Position numbers and translations under genes: made by a program. Below the pieces are notes generated by a model that ran no database searches, had not been told where the DNA came from, and worked only from the letters and a program-made list of their open reading frames with translations. DNA of 55,844 nucleotides. Source: a virus (Duplodnaviria; Caudoviricetes). The stretch covers positions 1 to 55,844 of IMG/VR virus record IMGVR_UViG_3300043446_000624; one strand, 5' to 3'. Positions 17,352-26,715 of the stretch are shown piece after piece (the stretch's first letter is position 1; the number at the start of each line of letters is the position of its first letter).

Positions 17352-18065
17352 ATGGCTGTAACCGGCACTACAACCTTCGATCTCGACTTCGCGGAACTCG
17401 CTGAAGAAGCGTGGGAGCGTGCCGGTCGCGAGATGCGTTCGGGTTATGACTTGCGTACAGCTCGTCGTTCCATGAACTTGATGACCATTGAGTGGCAAAA
17501 CCGTGGCATCAACATGTGGACGATTGACGAGGGGTATGTGAATCTTGTCCAAGGGCAAGCTGAATACGACCTTCCGGCTGACACCATCGATCTGATGGAA
17601 CATGTTGTGCGCACGGGGCAGGGGAACGTATCCACGCAGGCTGACCTGACGATCACGCGTATTAGTGTTTCTACCTACGCCACGATCCCAAATAAGCTAT
17701 CGCAAGCCCGTCCAATCCAAGTTTGGGTCCAGCGTCTTAGGGATAACCCTAAGATTACAGTGTGGCCTGTACCTGATCAGGGGACTGAAGAAGATCCGTA
17801 CTACATCTTCCGTTATTGGAGGATTCGTCGTATTGAGGACGCTGGGGCGGGCGCAGCGACTGAGGATGTGAACTTCCGCTTTTATCCCGCAATGGCTGCT
17901 GGTCTGGCGTACTACATTGCCATGAAGGTTCCCGAGCTGGCTCAGCGTTTGGACATGCTCAAGGCGGTGTATGACGAACAGTTCAACTTGGCTGCTGGCG
18001 AAGACCGCGAGAAGGCGGCGCTAAGACTTGTACCCCGACAGATGTTCGTGGGGAGCGCCACCTAA
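17352..18065 (+). CDS. head-tail adaptor / tail tubular A-like protein
   Basis: EEAWERAG, ARRSMNLMTIEWQNRG, VWPVPD, GLAYYIA motifs; position in module. Confidence 0.65.
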   Translation: MAVTGTTTFDLDFAELAEEAWERAGREMRSGYDLRTARRSMNLMTIEWQNRGINMWTIDEGYVNLVQGQAEYDLPADTIDLMEHVVRTGQGNVSTQADLTITRISVSTYATIPNKLSQARPIQVWVQRLRDNPKITVWPVPDQGTEEDPYYIFRYWRIRRIEDAGAGAATEDVNFRFYPAMAAGLAYYIAMKVPELAQRLDMLKAVYDEQFNLAAGEDREKAALRLVPRQMFVGSAT

Positions 18066-18454
18066 TGCCTAATCGTTTTGCAAATGGGATCCGCGCGATC
18101 GCCATGTGCGACCGATGCGGGCAGTACTACAAGCTCAAAAAACTGAAGACCGAGGTCATCAAGCAGCGCAAGTACGAGCTGCTGGTATGCCCGGAGTGCT
18201 GGGACCCAGACCAGCCCCAGCTGATGTTGGGTACGTTCCCGGTGGAGGATCCGCAGGCTTTGCGGAATCCTCGTAAGGACAACACGTATCTTATATCTGG
18301 GCAGTCATCGGATGGCACCCTTTCCGGTGGTTCTCGGGTTTTCCAATGGGGCTGGAACCCGGTTGGCGGCGCGAGCAGCTTTGACTCTGTTCTCACCCCG
18401 AATAATTTGATTTTGACTGTATATTTGGGTACAGTTTCGGTAGCAACGACATAA
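18065..18454 (+). CDS. zinc-ribbon protein of the structural module
   Basis: CDRC...CPECWDPDQPQ. Confidence 0.75.
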   Translation: MPNRFANGIRAIAMCDRCGQYYKLKKLKTEVIKQRKYELLVCPECWDPDQPQLMLGTFPVEDPQALRNPRKDNTYLISGQSSDGTLSGGSRVFQWGWNPVGGASSFDSVLTPNNLILTVYLGTVSVATT

Positions 18455-18464
18455 GGAGTCGAAC

Positions 18465-18650
18465 ATGGCTAAATCAGATCTGGCGCAAGACAAAGCGATG
18501 ATCAAAAAAGCGTTCAAGCAGCATGATGCTCAAGAACACAAAGGCGGAAAGGGTACGTCCCTGAAGCTGAAAAAAGGCGGACCCACGTCGATGGATCGAC
18601 GCAAAATGGGTCGCAACATGTCCCGTGCGATGAACCAACGCGGAGGTTGA
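18465..18650 (+). CDS. small Lys-rich protein with LKKGG motif
   Basis: AAGGAG RBS; HKGGKGTSLKLKKGG...QRGG. Confidence 0.75.
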   Translation: MAKSDLAQDKAMIKKAFKQHDAQEHKGGKGTSLKLKKGGPTSMDRRKMGRNMSRAMNQRGG

Positions 18651-18651
18651 T

Positions 18652-18918
18652 ATGGCCAAGTTCAGCAAAAAGATGATGGGCAAAGAAGTCGGCTCCGGCA
18701 GCTTCTATGCTCCCCCGCACCCCGAAAGCATGCAGACGCTTGCTGATCGCAAAGGCATGGTCGAGCGTCCCAACCGCAGTGTTGTGGGCAATAGCGACAT
18801 GTCTGTTGGTCAGTTCAGCCAATCTGCTGGTAACGAACCCACCAAGAAAACCGGAATCAAAATTCGCGGTACTGGCGCAGCAACCAAAGGTGTGATGGCA
18901 CGCGGGCCGATGGCTTGA
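18652..18918 (+). CDS. small basic protein
   Basis: GGAGG RBS; C-terminal GIKIRGTGAATKGVMARGPMA. Confidence 0.75.
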   Translation: MAKFSKKMMGKEVGSGSFYAPPHPESMQTLADRKGMVERPNRSVVGNSDMSVGQFSQSAGNEPTKKTGIKIRGTGAATKGVMARGPMA

Positions 18919-18925
18919 GGTCAAG

Positions 18926-19582
18926 ATGACATACGACGAGTTGGTCACCGCAATCAGCGACTACTGTGAGAATTCATTTCCCACAGTGGACATGAACACG
19001 TTCATTACGCAGGCGGAACAACGCATTTACAACACAGTGCAGTTTCCGTCATTGCGTCGTAACGTGACTGGTACGACCACAAGTGGCAACAAATATCTTG
19101 CTTGCCCGCTTGACTTTTTGGCGGTGTACTCGATTGCTGTCGTCGACGAAGATGGGGAATATCACTATTTGTTGAACAAGGATGTGAACTTCATTCGCGA
19201 AGCCTATCCAAATCCAAACAGTACCAGCTTCCCAAAGTACTATGCGCTGTTCGGTCCTCCGACGCAAGGTTCCAAAGAACTGACGTTCATTCTTGGTCCG
19301 ACGCCCAACATTCAGTACGACGTTGAATTGCATTACTTCTTCTACCCCGAATCCATCACAACGGTGGAAGGTGGCCAGACGTGGTTGGGCGATAACTTCG
19401 ATACGGTGTTGCTCTACGGTTCGCTTGTTGAAGCGTACACGTACATGAAGGGTGAACCGGACATGGTCAAGTTGTACGATACCAAGTACAAAGAAGCACT
19501 GCAGCTTGCTAAGCGTCTGGGCGATGGTATGGAACGTGGCGATGCGTATCGCGACGGTCAGTACAAAGAGAAGGTGACGTAA
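18926..19582 (+). CDS. head-tail adaptor / tail tubular A-like protein (second)
   Basis: MTYDELVTAISDY...FITQAEQRI...LGPTP...LLYGSLVEAYTYMK. Confidence 0.7.
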   Translation: MTYDELVTAISDYCENSFPTVDMNTFITQAEQRIYNTVQFPSLRRNVTGTTTSGNKYLACPLDFLAVYSIAVVDEDGEYHYLLNKDVNFIREAYPNPNSTSFPKYYALFGPPTQGSKELTFILGPTPNIQYDVELHYFFYPESITTVEGGQTWLGDNFDTVLLYGSLVEAYTYMKGEPDMVKLYDTKYKEALQLAKRLGDGMERGDAYRDGQYKEKVT

Positions 19583-20004
19583 TGGCTTTCACCGGAAACT
19601 ATTCGTGCAATACTCTTCGCGCCGGTCTCGCTAACGGCACGATCAACTTTGCCACGGATACGTTTTACATGGCGTTGTACACCAATGACGCCACGTTGAA
19701 CTCCACCACAACCGCATATGACACAGTTGGCGAAGCTACCGGCGGCGATTACACCGCTGGCGGGCAAGTTGTGACCGCAACCGTTTCTTCTGAAGTGACT
19801 TCCAGTGGAAGCATTACATACATTACGTTTTCCCAGCCGTCGTGGACAGGATCTATCACGGCAAGGGGCGCACTCATCTACACACCGGGGGACAACGGAG
19901 CCGTCTGTGTGCTAGACTTTGGAAACGACAAGGCGTCGTCTTCAACTTTTACCGTGCAGATGCCAGCAGACACTGCTACATCTGCTCTTCTCCGAATTGT
20001 TTAA
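19582..20004 (+). CDS. tail/virion structural protein
   Basis: FYMALYT, YTAGGQ, ARGALIY, VLDFG motifs. Confidence 0.65.
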   Translation: MAFTGNYSCNTLRAGLANGTINFATDTFYMALYTNDATLNSTTTAYDTVGEATGGDYTAGGQVVTATVSSEVTSSGSITYITFSQPSWTGSITARGALIYTPGDNGAVCVLDFGNDKASSSTFTVQMPADTATSALLRIV

Positions 20005-20016
20005 TGAGGTGATTTC

Positions 20017-20598
20017 ATGACAAGTGAAACTTCTAAAGCTGTAGACGCCGTTTCTAGCGACATCAAGGCTTCCCGCAACTTTGGGGAAACCCTTCAAGGC
20101 GGCGGTATCTTCAACGCTAAGTGCTTTGACAAAGACGGTAACCTGAAATGGGAAGCCGAGAACCATAACTTGGTGGTCAATACTGGCGCTCAGTTTATGA
20201 ACTCCAAAACCTTTACGGGTTCTGCTTATACCGCTGCTTGGTATCTGGGCCTTTACGGCGCTGGCGCTTCCAATACCCCCGCTGCAACGGACACGATGTC
20301 GTCCCACGCTGGTTGGACGGAAATCACGCCCTACAGCAACGCTAACCGTCCAACTTGCACGTTTGGTGTCCCTACCACGGCTTCTCCATCTGTTGCTACC
20401 AACAGCGCGTCAACCGCATCGTTTTCCATCAACGCAACTGCAACTGTTGGCGGCGCGTTTCTGACGACCGATAACACCAAGGGTGGTACGACGGGTACGT
20501 TATTTTCTGCTGCGGACTTCCAGTCCCCCGGCGACCGTAGCGTGGTGAGCGGCGATACGCTGGTCCTCACCTACACCTTCAGCTTGCTGCCCACCTAA
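20017..20598 (+). CDS. tail/virion structural protein
   Basis: NLVVNTG, WYLGLY, GTLFSA, VVSGDTL motifs. Confidence 0.65.
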   Translation: MTSETSKAVDAVSSDIKASRNFGETLQGGGIFNAKCFDKDGNLKWEAENHNLVVNTGAQFMNSKTFTGSAYTAAWYLGLYGAGASNTPAATDTMSSHAGWTEITPYSNANRPTCTFGVPTTASPSVATNSASTASFSINATATVGGAFLTTDNTKGGTTGTLFSAADFQSPGDRSVVSGDTLVLTYTFSLLPT

Positions 20599-20610
20599 TA
20601 GGAGAACATT

Positions 20611-20793
20611 ATGGCCACCGCATTCAAAAAAGGACAAGTTGTCAAAGTCAAAACCGTCGTACCCGAGGGTCCGGTGGAAGCGTTGCGCATGGACGAAAAC
20701 GGCGAGTTTTTCTATCTTGTAAAGTGGATTGACGTGGACGGCGCTCAACATGAGCGTTGGTTTGCTGAAGCTGATCTAGCCGCCGGAGCGTAA
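20611..20793 (+). CDS. small conserved protein (SH3-like beta fold possible)
   Basis: FKKGQVVKVK...YLVKW...RWFAEADL; TAGGAG RBS. Confidence 0.7.
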   Translation: MATAFKKGQVVKVKTVVPEGPVEALRMDENGEFFYLVKWIDVDGAQHERWFAEADLAAGA

Positions 20794-20795
20794 TC

Positions 20796-22415
20796 ATGGC
20801 ACTTGTTCTCGCTGATCGCGTAAAAGAAACAACGACAACTACGGGCACCGGCACAATCACGCTGGCTGGTGCAGCTACGGGTTATCGTTCTTTCTCTGTG
20901 ATTGGGAATGGGAACTCGACCTATTACGCCATCATTGACAGCACCGCAAATACTTGGGAAGTTGGTGTTGGCGTGTACACGTCTGCTGGTACTACGCTTA
21001 GTCGAACTACAGTTTTTTCCAACTCTAGCAATACAACAGCGTTGATTAACTTCGCTGCGGGAACTAAAGACGTTATTTGTACGCAGCCTGCTTGGAGCAC
21101 GCTAAACTACGACAGCGTTGCAATCGGCTATCAAGCGTTAAACGCCTCCATTGTTGGGTCAGGAACTAACAACACGGCAATCGGGTATCAGGCATTGGCA
21201 ACTTCATCTGCCGCCGCTAATAACACCGCTGTTGGTAGTTTGGCTATGTCAGCAGCTGTATCAAATAACGCTCAGGTCGCTGTCGGTCGCTATGCGTTAA
21301 ATGCGCTTACTTCAGGACTATATAACTGTGTTGTAGGCGGCGCTGCAGGGTTAGCGGTGACTGGCGGTAGCTACAACTCTCTTTTTGGGACTTACGCGGG
21401 CTTTTCTCTCGCTGGCCAAAGCAACAACACTGCTATTGGCTACAGTGCGTTGTATTACAACACCGCCGCTAGTAACACGGCAGTGGGGTATAACGCGGGT
21501 CTAAATGTAAACGGTACGGGTAATACGGCGGTTGGTTATCAAGCGCTGCAGGGCAACGCTACGATGACCGGCACATACAACACCGTAATGGGGTGGAGTG
21601 CAGCCCCTGCGGTAACGTCGGGACAGCTATCCACTATTCTTGGGTCCAGCGCAGGGACTGCTCTTACTAGCGCTTGGTTTAGTGTTTTTATTGGTAGTAG
21701 CGCGGGCAACAGTGTTACAAGCGGTGACGGCAATATTTGTATTGGTTATCAAACCCTTGGTGGTTCGGCAACTCTTACTACTGGAACATACAACACCCTT
21801 ATTGGGTACCGTGCCGGTTACGCTATGGGTAACGGTTCGCAGAACCTTGTTATCGGTCACCTTGCTGGCGCTTCTTTAACTACGGGTTCAAACAACGTCA
21901 TTATTGGCTCGTACGACGGCGCTACCGGCATCATTAGCATGCAGGCCTCGAGTAACAACGTTGTTATTGCCGATAACAACGGTGGTATTAAGCTCTACAC
22001 GACTACTTCCGGTTTGGGCGGTTTTAACGTACCGATGGCGGACAGAGGCGCTACTTCCGCTACTGCCGCTACTGGAACCGTTAACTTCGATGCTTCCACG
22101 CAGCAAGTTTGGTATTTGACAGCTAATGCAAGTGCAAACTTTACGTTGAACATCCGGGGCAATTCGACCACAACGTTGAACAATGCGTTGCCTACTGGAC
22201 AGTCATTGACACTTCAGTTGTGGAACACTAACGGGGCTTCCGCGTTTTATATGAGCGCGTTTACGATTGATGGTACTTCTGTAACACCCAAGTGGATTAA
22301 CGGAACTGCTCCTAGCGCCGGTAACGCCAACTCGATTGACGTGTACACCTTCAACATCTTTAAGACGGGCGCTAGCACGTATGTTGTTACCGCCAAGCAA
22401 GAGAAATACGCATAA
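20796..22415 (+). CDS. tail fibre/spike with NTAxG beta-roll repeats
   Basis: MALVLADRVKETTTTTGTG anchor; many NTAIGYQAL-type repeats; beta-sandwich C-terminus. Confidence 0.8.
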   Translation: MALVLADRVKETTTTTGTGTITLAGAATGYRSFSVIGNGNSTYYAIIDSTANTWEVGVGVYTSAGTTLSRTTVFSNSSNTTALINFAAGTKDVICTQPAWSTLNYDSVAIGYQALNASIVGSGTNNTAIGYQALATSSAAANNTAVGSLAMSAAVSNNAQVAVGRYALNALTSGLYNCVVGGAAGLAVTGGSYNSLFGTYAGFSLAGQSNNTAIGYSALYYNTAASNTAVGYNAGLNVNGTGNTAVGYQALQGNATMTGTYNTVMGWSAAPAVTSGQLSTILGSSAGTALTSAWFSVFIGSSAGNSVTSGDGNICIGYQTLGGSATLTTGTYNTLIGYRAGYAMGNGSQNLVIGHLAGASLTTGSNNVIIGSYDGATGIISMQASSNNVVIADNNGGIKLYTTTSGLGGFNVPMADRGATSATAATGTVNFDASTQQVWYLTANASANFTLNIRGNSTTTLNNALPTGQSLTLQLWNTNGASAFYMSAFTIDGTSVTPKWINGTAPSAGNANSIDVYTFNIFKTGASTYVVTAKQEKYA

Positions 22416-22424
22416 GGGATTGAC

Positions 22425-22754
22425 ATGAGCGCCACCATCACATGGTCAGTTACAGATATGCGTACGGTAAATGAAAATTACCCAAACATTGTTCATCTTG
22501 TGGTGGTATCACTCAAGGCCACGCAAAATGGTGTGGAAGTTGTTTCCAAAGAACCTCTTTTGCTTGAGCGTCCTACGGGCGAGTTCACTCCATACGAAAA
22601 TCTGACCGAAGCACAAGTGCTTCAGTGGGTGTTCGACGTTTTTACCCCGCAAGGTGTCGCCCAGAGGGAAAACGGCATTTTGGAAAATCTTCGAGATCAG
22701 TTGACTCCACCCGTTGCTCCTGTTCCTACTCCCCTTCCTTGGACTGCGGGGTAA
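22425..22754 (+). CDS. tail-fibre-associated protein (assembly chaperone-like)
   Basis: FTPYENLTEAQVLQWV...PLPW; follows fibre gene. Confidence 0.6.
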   Translation: MSATITWSVTDMRTVNENYPNIVHLVVVSLKATQNGVEVVSKEPLLLERPTGEFTPYENLTEAQVLQWVFDVFTPQGVAQRENGILENLRDQLTPPVAPVPTPLPWTAG

Positions 22755-22757
22755 GCC

Positions 22758-23438
22758 ATGTTTGGGGCGACCCCATTTGCCCAGCTTCCGTTTTCTAGCT
22801 TAGCTGGCTCAACAGGCACGACGTACAACTCGGCAGTATCCGAAAACGCAACAGGCTCGGACACCTATGCTGCGGTTCAGTTCTTTTCTTATCCCGCGAC
22901 AGTTTCTGAAAACGCAACCGGATCAGACACATACGATGCGCTTTTAATCTCTACGTATAACTCAGCGGTTTCAGAGAATGCCACTGGGTCAGATACATAC
23001 GCAGCATCCTTGATTGCCGCGATTGCGGCGAGCGTGGGCGAGAACGCAACAGGATCGGACATTTATGTTGCTGCAATGCAGTTTCCGTCCGCTACTAGCG
23101 AAAACGCTACCGGGTCTGAAACTGTATCGAGCGGGTTTTTATATACCCCCTTCATTGACGAAACCGCTACTGGATCGGAGACGGTATCGTCATTACTCCC
23201 GATTGTAAGGAGTGTTAGTGAGACGTCTACTGGCGCAGACACGCTCGACATAATTGGTACATACCATCCAGAGATCACAGAATCTGCAACTGGATCAGAT
23301 GAGATACAAGGCGGTAATCCGCTTGACATTATTATGTATGAGAGCGCTACTGCGTCTGCTTCTGTGAGCACTCGGTACCTGTGGACAGACATTGATGCTA
23401 CACAAAACCCAGACTGGGTGGACATTGTGGCAACGTAA
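22758..23438 (+). CDS. acidic repeat-rich virion protein
   Basis: MFGATPFAQLPFS N-terminus; 9 E(N/T/S)ATGS(D/E) repeats; W-ID-W C-terminus. Confidence 0.75.
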   Translation: MFGATPFAQLPFSSLAGSTGTTYNSAVSENATGSDTYAAVQFFSYPATVSENATGSDTYDALLISTYNSAVSENATGSDTYAASLIAAIAASVGENATGSDIYVAAMQFPSATSENATGSETVSSGFLYTPFIDETATGSETVSSLLPIVRSVSETSTGADTLDIIGTYHPEITESATGSDEIQGGNPLDIIMYESATASASVSTRYLWTDIDATQNPDWVDIVAT

Positions 23439-23452
23439 CTTGAGGACTGATC

Positions 23453-24538
23453 ATGTCAACATATTCAAACCTAAAATTTGAACTAATCACAACGGGTGAA
23501 CAGTCCGGCGCGTGGGGCGCAACTACAAACGCCAACATCGGCACCGCCGTTGAACAAGCAATTGTTGGTATGGCCACGTTGGACTCTACTGACTTTACAT
23601 CCAACGTAGCGACTCTTACGTTGACCAACACTACCGCAGCCCAAGATGCTCGCGCGTTGTGTATTGTTGTCAGTGCTGGAGCAACAAGTGCCGCTGGTAC
23701 GCTAAACGTTCCCGCGATTGAGAAGCCGTACATCATCATTAACAGCACTAGCTACGCCTTGACTGTAAAAGTGTCTGGGCTAACTGGTGTCTCAGTCCCC
23801 GCTGGCAAACGAACGGTTGTGTACAACAACGGGACCGACGTTGGTGACCAGATTAGTTATCTATCTTCTCTAACTCTTGGTACGGCGCTCCCCGTTGCTT
23901 CCGGTGGCACAGGCGGTAATACCGCAGGGGCGGGGCGCACTGGCTTGGGCGCAACAACGGTTGGCGGTAATTTGTTTACGCTGACTGACCCAAGCGCCGT
24001 TACGTATTTGCAAATCAACGCGGATAACTCCGTTTCTGCCCTGGATTCCGCAACCTTCAAGAGCAACCTTGGTATCAGCGGCGCTGGTAGCGTTACTTCT
24101 GTTGGCGGCACAGGTACTGTTAACGGCATCACGTTATCCGGTACGGTGACATCTACAGGAAACTTGACGTTGGGTGGAGCGCTGTCTGGTGTATCGTTGA
24201 CCAGTCAAGTTACCGGTACGCTGCCTATCGCCAACGGCGGTACGGGCGGGGCTACACAGCAGGCTGGTTTGAACAACTTGGCCGGGGCTGTAACTAGCGG
24301 GCAATATTTGCGTGGCAACGGAACTAACGTTGCTATGTCAGCTATCCAAGTTGGGGACGTGCCCACATTGAACCAGAACACGACTGGAAGTGCCGGAAGT
24401 TTGGCTACGACCAACTGGACTGTCGTTGAATCTGGCGGCTATCTGTACTTTAAGTTTGGCGGCGTAAACAAGATGCGCCTAGATTCGTCTGGTAATTTAG
24501 TTGTACCTGGGAACGTGACAGCCTACGGCACTATCTGA
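23453..24538 (+). CDS. tail fibre protein
   Basis: MSTYSNLKFELITTGEQSGAWG anchor; LP(V/I)AxGGTG repeats; GNLVVPGNVTAY end. Confidence 0.8.
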   Translation: MSTYSNLKFELITTGEQSGAWGATTNANIGTAVEQAIVGMATLDSTDFTSNVATLTLTNTTAAQDARALCIVVSAGATSAAGTLNVPAIEKPYIIINSTSYALTVKVSGLTGVSVPAGKRTVVYNNGTDVGDQISYLSSLTLGTALPVASGGTGGNTAGAGRTGLGATTVGGNLFTLTDPSAVTYLQINADNSVSALDSATFKSNLGISGAGSVTSVGGTGTVNGITLSGTVTSTGNLTLGGALSGVSLTSQVTGTLPIANGGTGGATQQAGLNNLAGAVTSGQYLRGNGTNVAMSAIQVGDVPTLNQNTTGSAGSLATTNWTVVESGGYLYFKFGGVNKMRLDSSGNLVVPGNVTAYGTI

Positions 24539-24545
24539 GGTTGAC

Positions 24546-25577
24546 ATGACACTACCAGTCGGAACAATCTCGCTTTCGGATGTTAATACCGAACTTGGGT
24601 ATTCATCGACCGCTCTAGTCAGCCTAAATGATTCGGCTGTTCGTTCGCTTGCAAATGTCCCATCTGGCGCGATCAGTATGAGCGACTTGCAGGGTAAAAG
24701 TGCTAATTTTGGGGCGACCTATAGTTCTAACACGACTTCAGGTCTGAATCTGCGGACTTGGGCGCTTGCTAACGGGTGGAACGGTTCTTCCGCTGCCACT
24801 ATTACGATTTCTAACGGGACTTATCTCCAGTCCAGCAGCACTTCAACTCCAGCTCTTACTATCAATGGTTCGTGGCCCGGTGGCGTTACGCTTGTCGTTG
24901 AAGGATATGTTGTTGGCGCGGGCGGCGCAGGTGGCTCAAGCAATAGCTTATCACCCACTGTTGGGAACAATGGCGGACCCGCTATTTCTCTAGGCGTTAA
25001 TTGCAGCATTCAGATTACTTCTACTGGCGCTATCTTGGGGGGCGGTGGTGGTGGCGCAAGTTATTTTGGCGGCGGCGGTGGCGGTGCTGGAGGTGGCGCA
25101 GGGGGGTCATCTTGGACTACTTATGTAGCTTCTGGCGGCTCCGGCGGTTTTGCTGGCGCCAGCGGTAACAACGGGACTAACGGTGGTAACGGCAGCGTCT
25201 TTGTTGGTACTGGCGGTGGCGGAGGCAGTGCTCTTTCCGGTCTTACTGGCGGGTCCACACTTGCGGGCGGTGCGGGCGGCGCTTTATCGTACGGCGCTGG
25301 CGCCGCATCAGGTGGTGGCGGTGGTGGCTCATCGACGTATTTAGTGAATGGCAGCGCGGGGGGCAACACAACCCCTAGTGGTGGAGGATCCGCTGGTGGA
25401 AATGCTGACAATACAAACGGTGGCGCTGGTGGCGGTGGTTTTGGTAAAGATGGCGGCTACGTAAAAGCGGGATCCACAATATACGCTGGTGGTACAGCGG
25501 GTAAGGCAATTGCCTTGAACGGCTACACAGCCACACTTAGCGGAACCACGACGAACGTTTGGGGGGCTGTTTCATGA
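24546..25577 (+). CDS. glycine-rich tail-fibre adhesin (T2/T6 gp38-like)
   Basis: N-terminal ISLSDVNTELG...ISMSDLQGKS, GYVVGAGGAGG, AILGGGGGG and multiple polyglycine runs. Confidence 0.7.
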   Translation: MTLPVGTISLSDVNTELGYSSTALVSLNDSAVRSLANVPSGAISMSDLQGKSANFGATYSSNTTSGLNLRTWALANGWNGSSAATITISNGTYLQSSSTSTPALTINGSWPGGVTLVVEGYVVGAGGAGGSSNSLSPTVGNNGGPAISLGVNCSIQITSTGAILGGGGGGASYFGGGGGGAGGGAGGSSWTTYVASGGSGGFAGASGNNGTNGGNGSVFVGTGGGGGSALSGLTGGSTLAGGAGGALSYGAGAASGGGGGGSSTYLVNGSAGGNTTPSGGGSAGGNADNTNGGAGGGGFGKDGGYVKAGSTIYAGGTAGKAIALNGYTATLSGTTTNVWGAVS

Positions 25578-25846
25578 ACTGGGCTGATGTATTAAAAGCG
25601 GTAATCCCTGTCATTGTGGCGTCCCTTGCTTGGCTTCTGGGTCAGGTGACGGACTTTTCCATGCGGCTGACCAAGATTGAGGGCAGCATGCCTGCGCTAA
25701 TCACCAAGGAAGGCGTCCCGACCGACAGCCCAATCTCCGCTGAGCGCCGTCACACTCTGAAAGAAGAGATTTACCGCGACATCCATCAGCTGCAGGTCAA
25801 GGTTCAGCTGCTTGAAGAGCGCGAAAAAATGGGGAAAAAACCATGA
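25574..25846 (+). CDS. membrane-anchored coiled-coil protein of lysis cassette
   Basis: N-terminal TM (VIPVIVASLAWLLG) then coiled coil; coupled to holin. Confidence 0.6.
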   Translation: MNWADVLKAVIPVIVASLAWLLGQVTDFSMRLTKIEGSMPALITKEGVPTDSPISAERRHTLKEEIYRDIHQLQVKVQLLEEREKMGKKP

Positions 25847-26352
25847 TTCCAGCACTTCTTGCACCGCTCCTGTCCCAAGGTCTAAGCCTGATCGGTAACG
25901 CCGTTATGGCCAAGGGTAAAGGTTGGGTGGAAGAAAAGACGGGCGTTAAGCTCGACCAGCCGCTGACCGCTGACGATACCCTGAAGCTGCGCCAGTACGA
26001 AATGGACCACGAGGAAGAACTCCTGCGGTTGCGTATTGAAGAAAAGAAGCTCGGGATTGATGAGCTGCAAGCCATGCTGACTGCCGCAGCAAACGAGGAC
26101 AACAATGTGTCTGATCGCTGGAAGGCAGACATGGCTTCTGATTCCTGGCTGTCCAAGAACGTTCGCCCCGGAACGCTGGTGTATATCTTGACGGCATACC
26201 TGATCTTTGCATTGCTGGACGGCGCCGGATACCGCATCAGCGAGTCCTATGTCCAATTGCTGGGCCAGTGGGGCATGCTGGTGATGACGGCCTACTTCGG
26301 TGGTCGCACGGTTGAAAAAGTCATGGAAATGCGCAAGGGGAGCAAAGAATGA
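25843..26352 (+). CDS. holin (3TM/GTA-type)
   Basis: DSWLSKNVRP and YFGGRTVEK motifs; hydrophobic helices; directly before endolysin. Confidence 0.75.
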   Translation: MIPALLAPLLSQGLSLIGNAVMAKGKGWVEEKTGVKLDQPLTADDTLKLRQYEMDHEEELLRLRIEEKKLGIDELQAMLTAAANEDNNVSDRWKADMASDSWLSKNVRPGTLVYILTAYLIFALLDGAGYRISESYVQLLGQWGMLVMTAYFGGRTVEKVMEMRKGSKE

Positions 26353-26714
26353 GCCTTTCTTCCGAACAAGCCGCATTCCTCTTGGACATGTGCAAGCTCG
26401 TCCAGTTTGCCACATCCCAAGGCTTTGTGGTGACTGCGGGGGAGCTTTACCGTACCCCGGAGCAGCAGGAACTCTACGTCAAAACCGGTCGCAGTCAGAC
26501 CATGAATTCATTGCATTTGACCCGTCGGGCGGTGGATTTCAACTTTTTCAAGGACGGCAAACTTGTGTACGACAAGGCTGTATTGGCCCCGCTGGGGGCT
26601 TACTGGGAGTCGTTACATCCGTTAAACTCGTGGGGCGGCAACGGCAAAAAACTTGTGGATACGCCCCACTTTAGTCGGGGTGATGGCAAGCCAGAATGGG
26701 TACGGGTGACATAA
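26349..26714 (+). CDS. endolysin, peptidase M15 family
   Basis: YRTPEQQ, SLH-x4-AVD and DTPHF zinc-binding motifs. Confidence 0.88.
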   Translation: MSLSSEQAAFLLDMCKLVQFATSQGFVVTAGELYRTPEQQELYVKTGRSQTMNSLHLTRRAVDFNFFKDGKLVYDKAVLAPLGAYWESLHPLNSWGGNGKKLVDTPHFSRGDGKPEWVRVT

Positions 26715-26715
26715 C

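Noticed and set aside
18636-18654. C-terminal QRGG of gene 18465 as a ubiquitin-like GG end
   Set aside because: The GG codons (GGAGGT) are the Shine-Dalgarno of the next gene, and no E1/E2/JAB genes are present
20796-25577. Diversity-generating retroelement or invertase acting on tail fibres
   Set aside because: No reverse transcriptase, recombinase, template/variable repeat pair or inverted crossover sites seen
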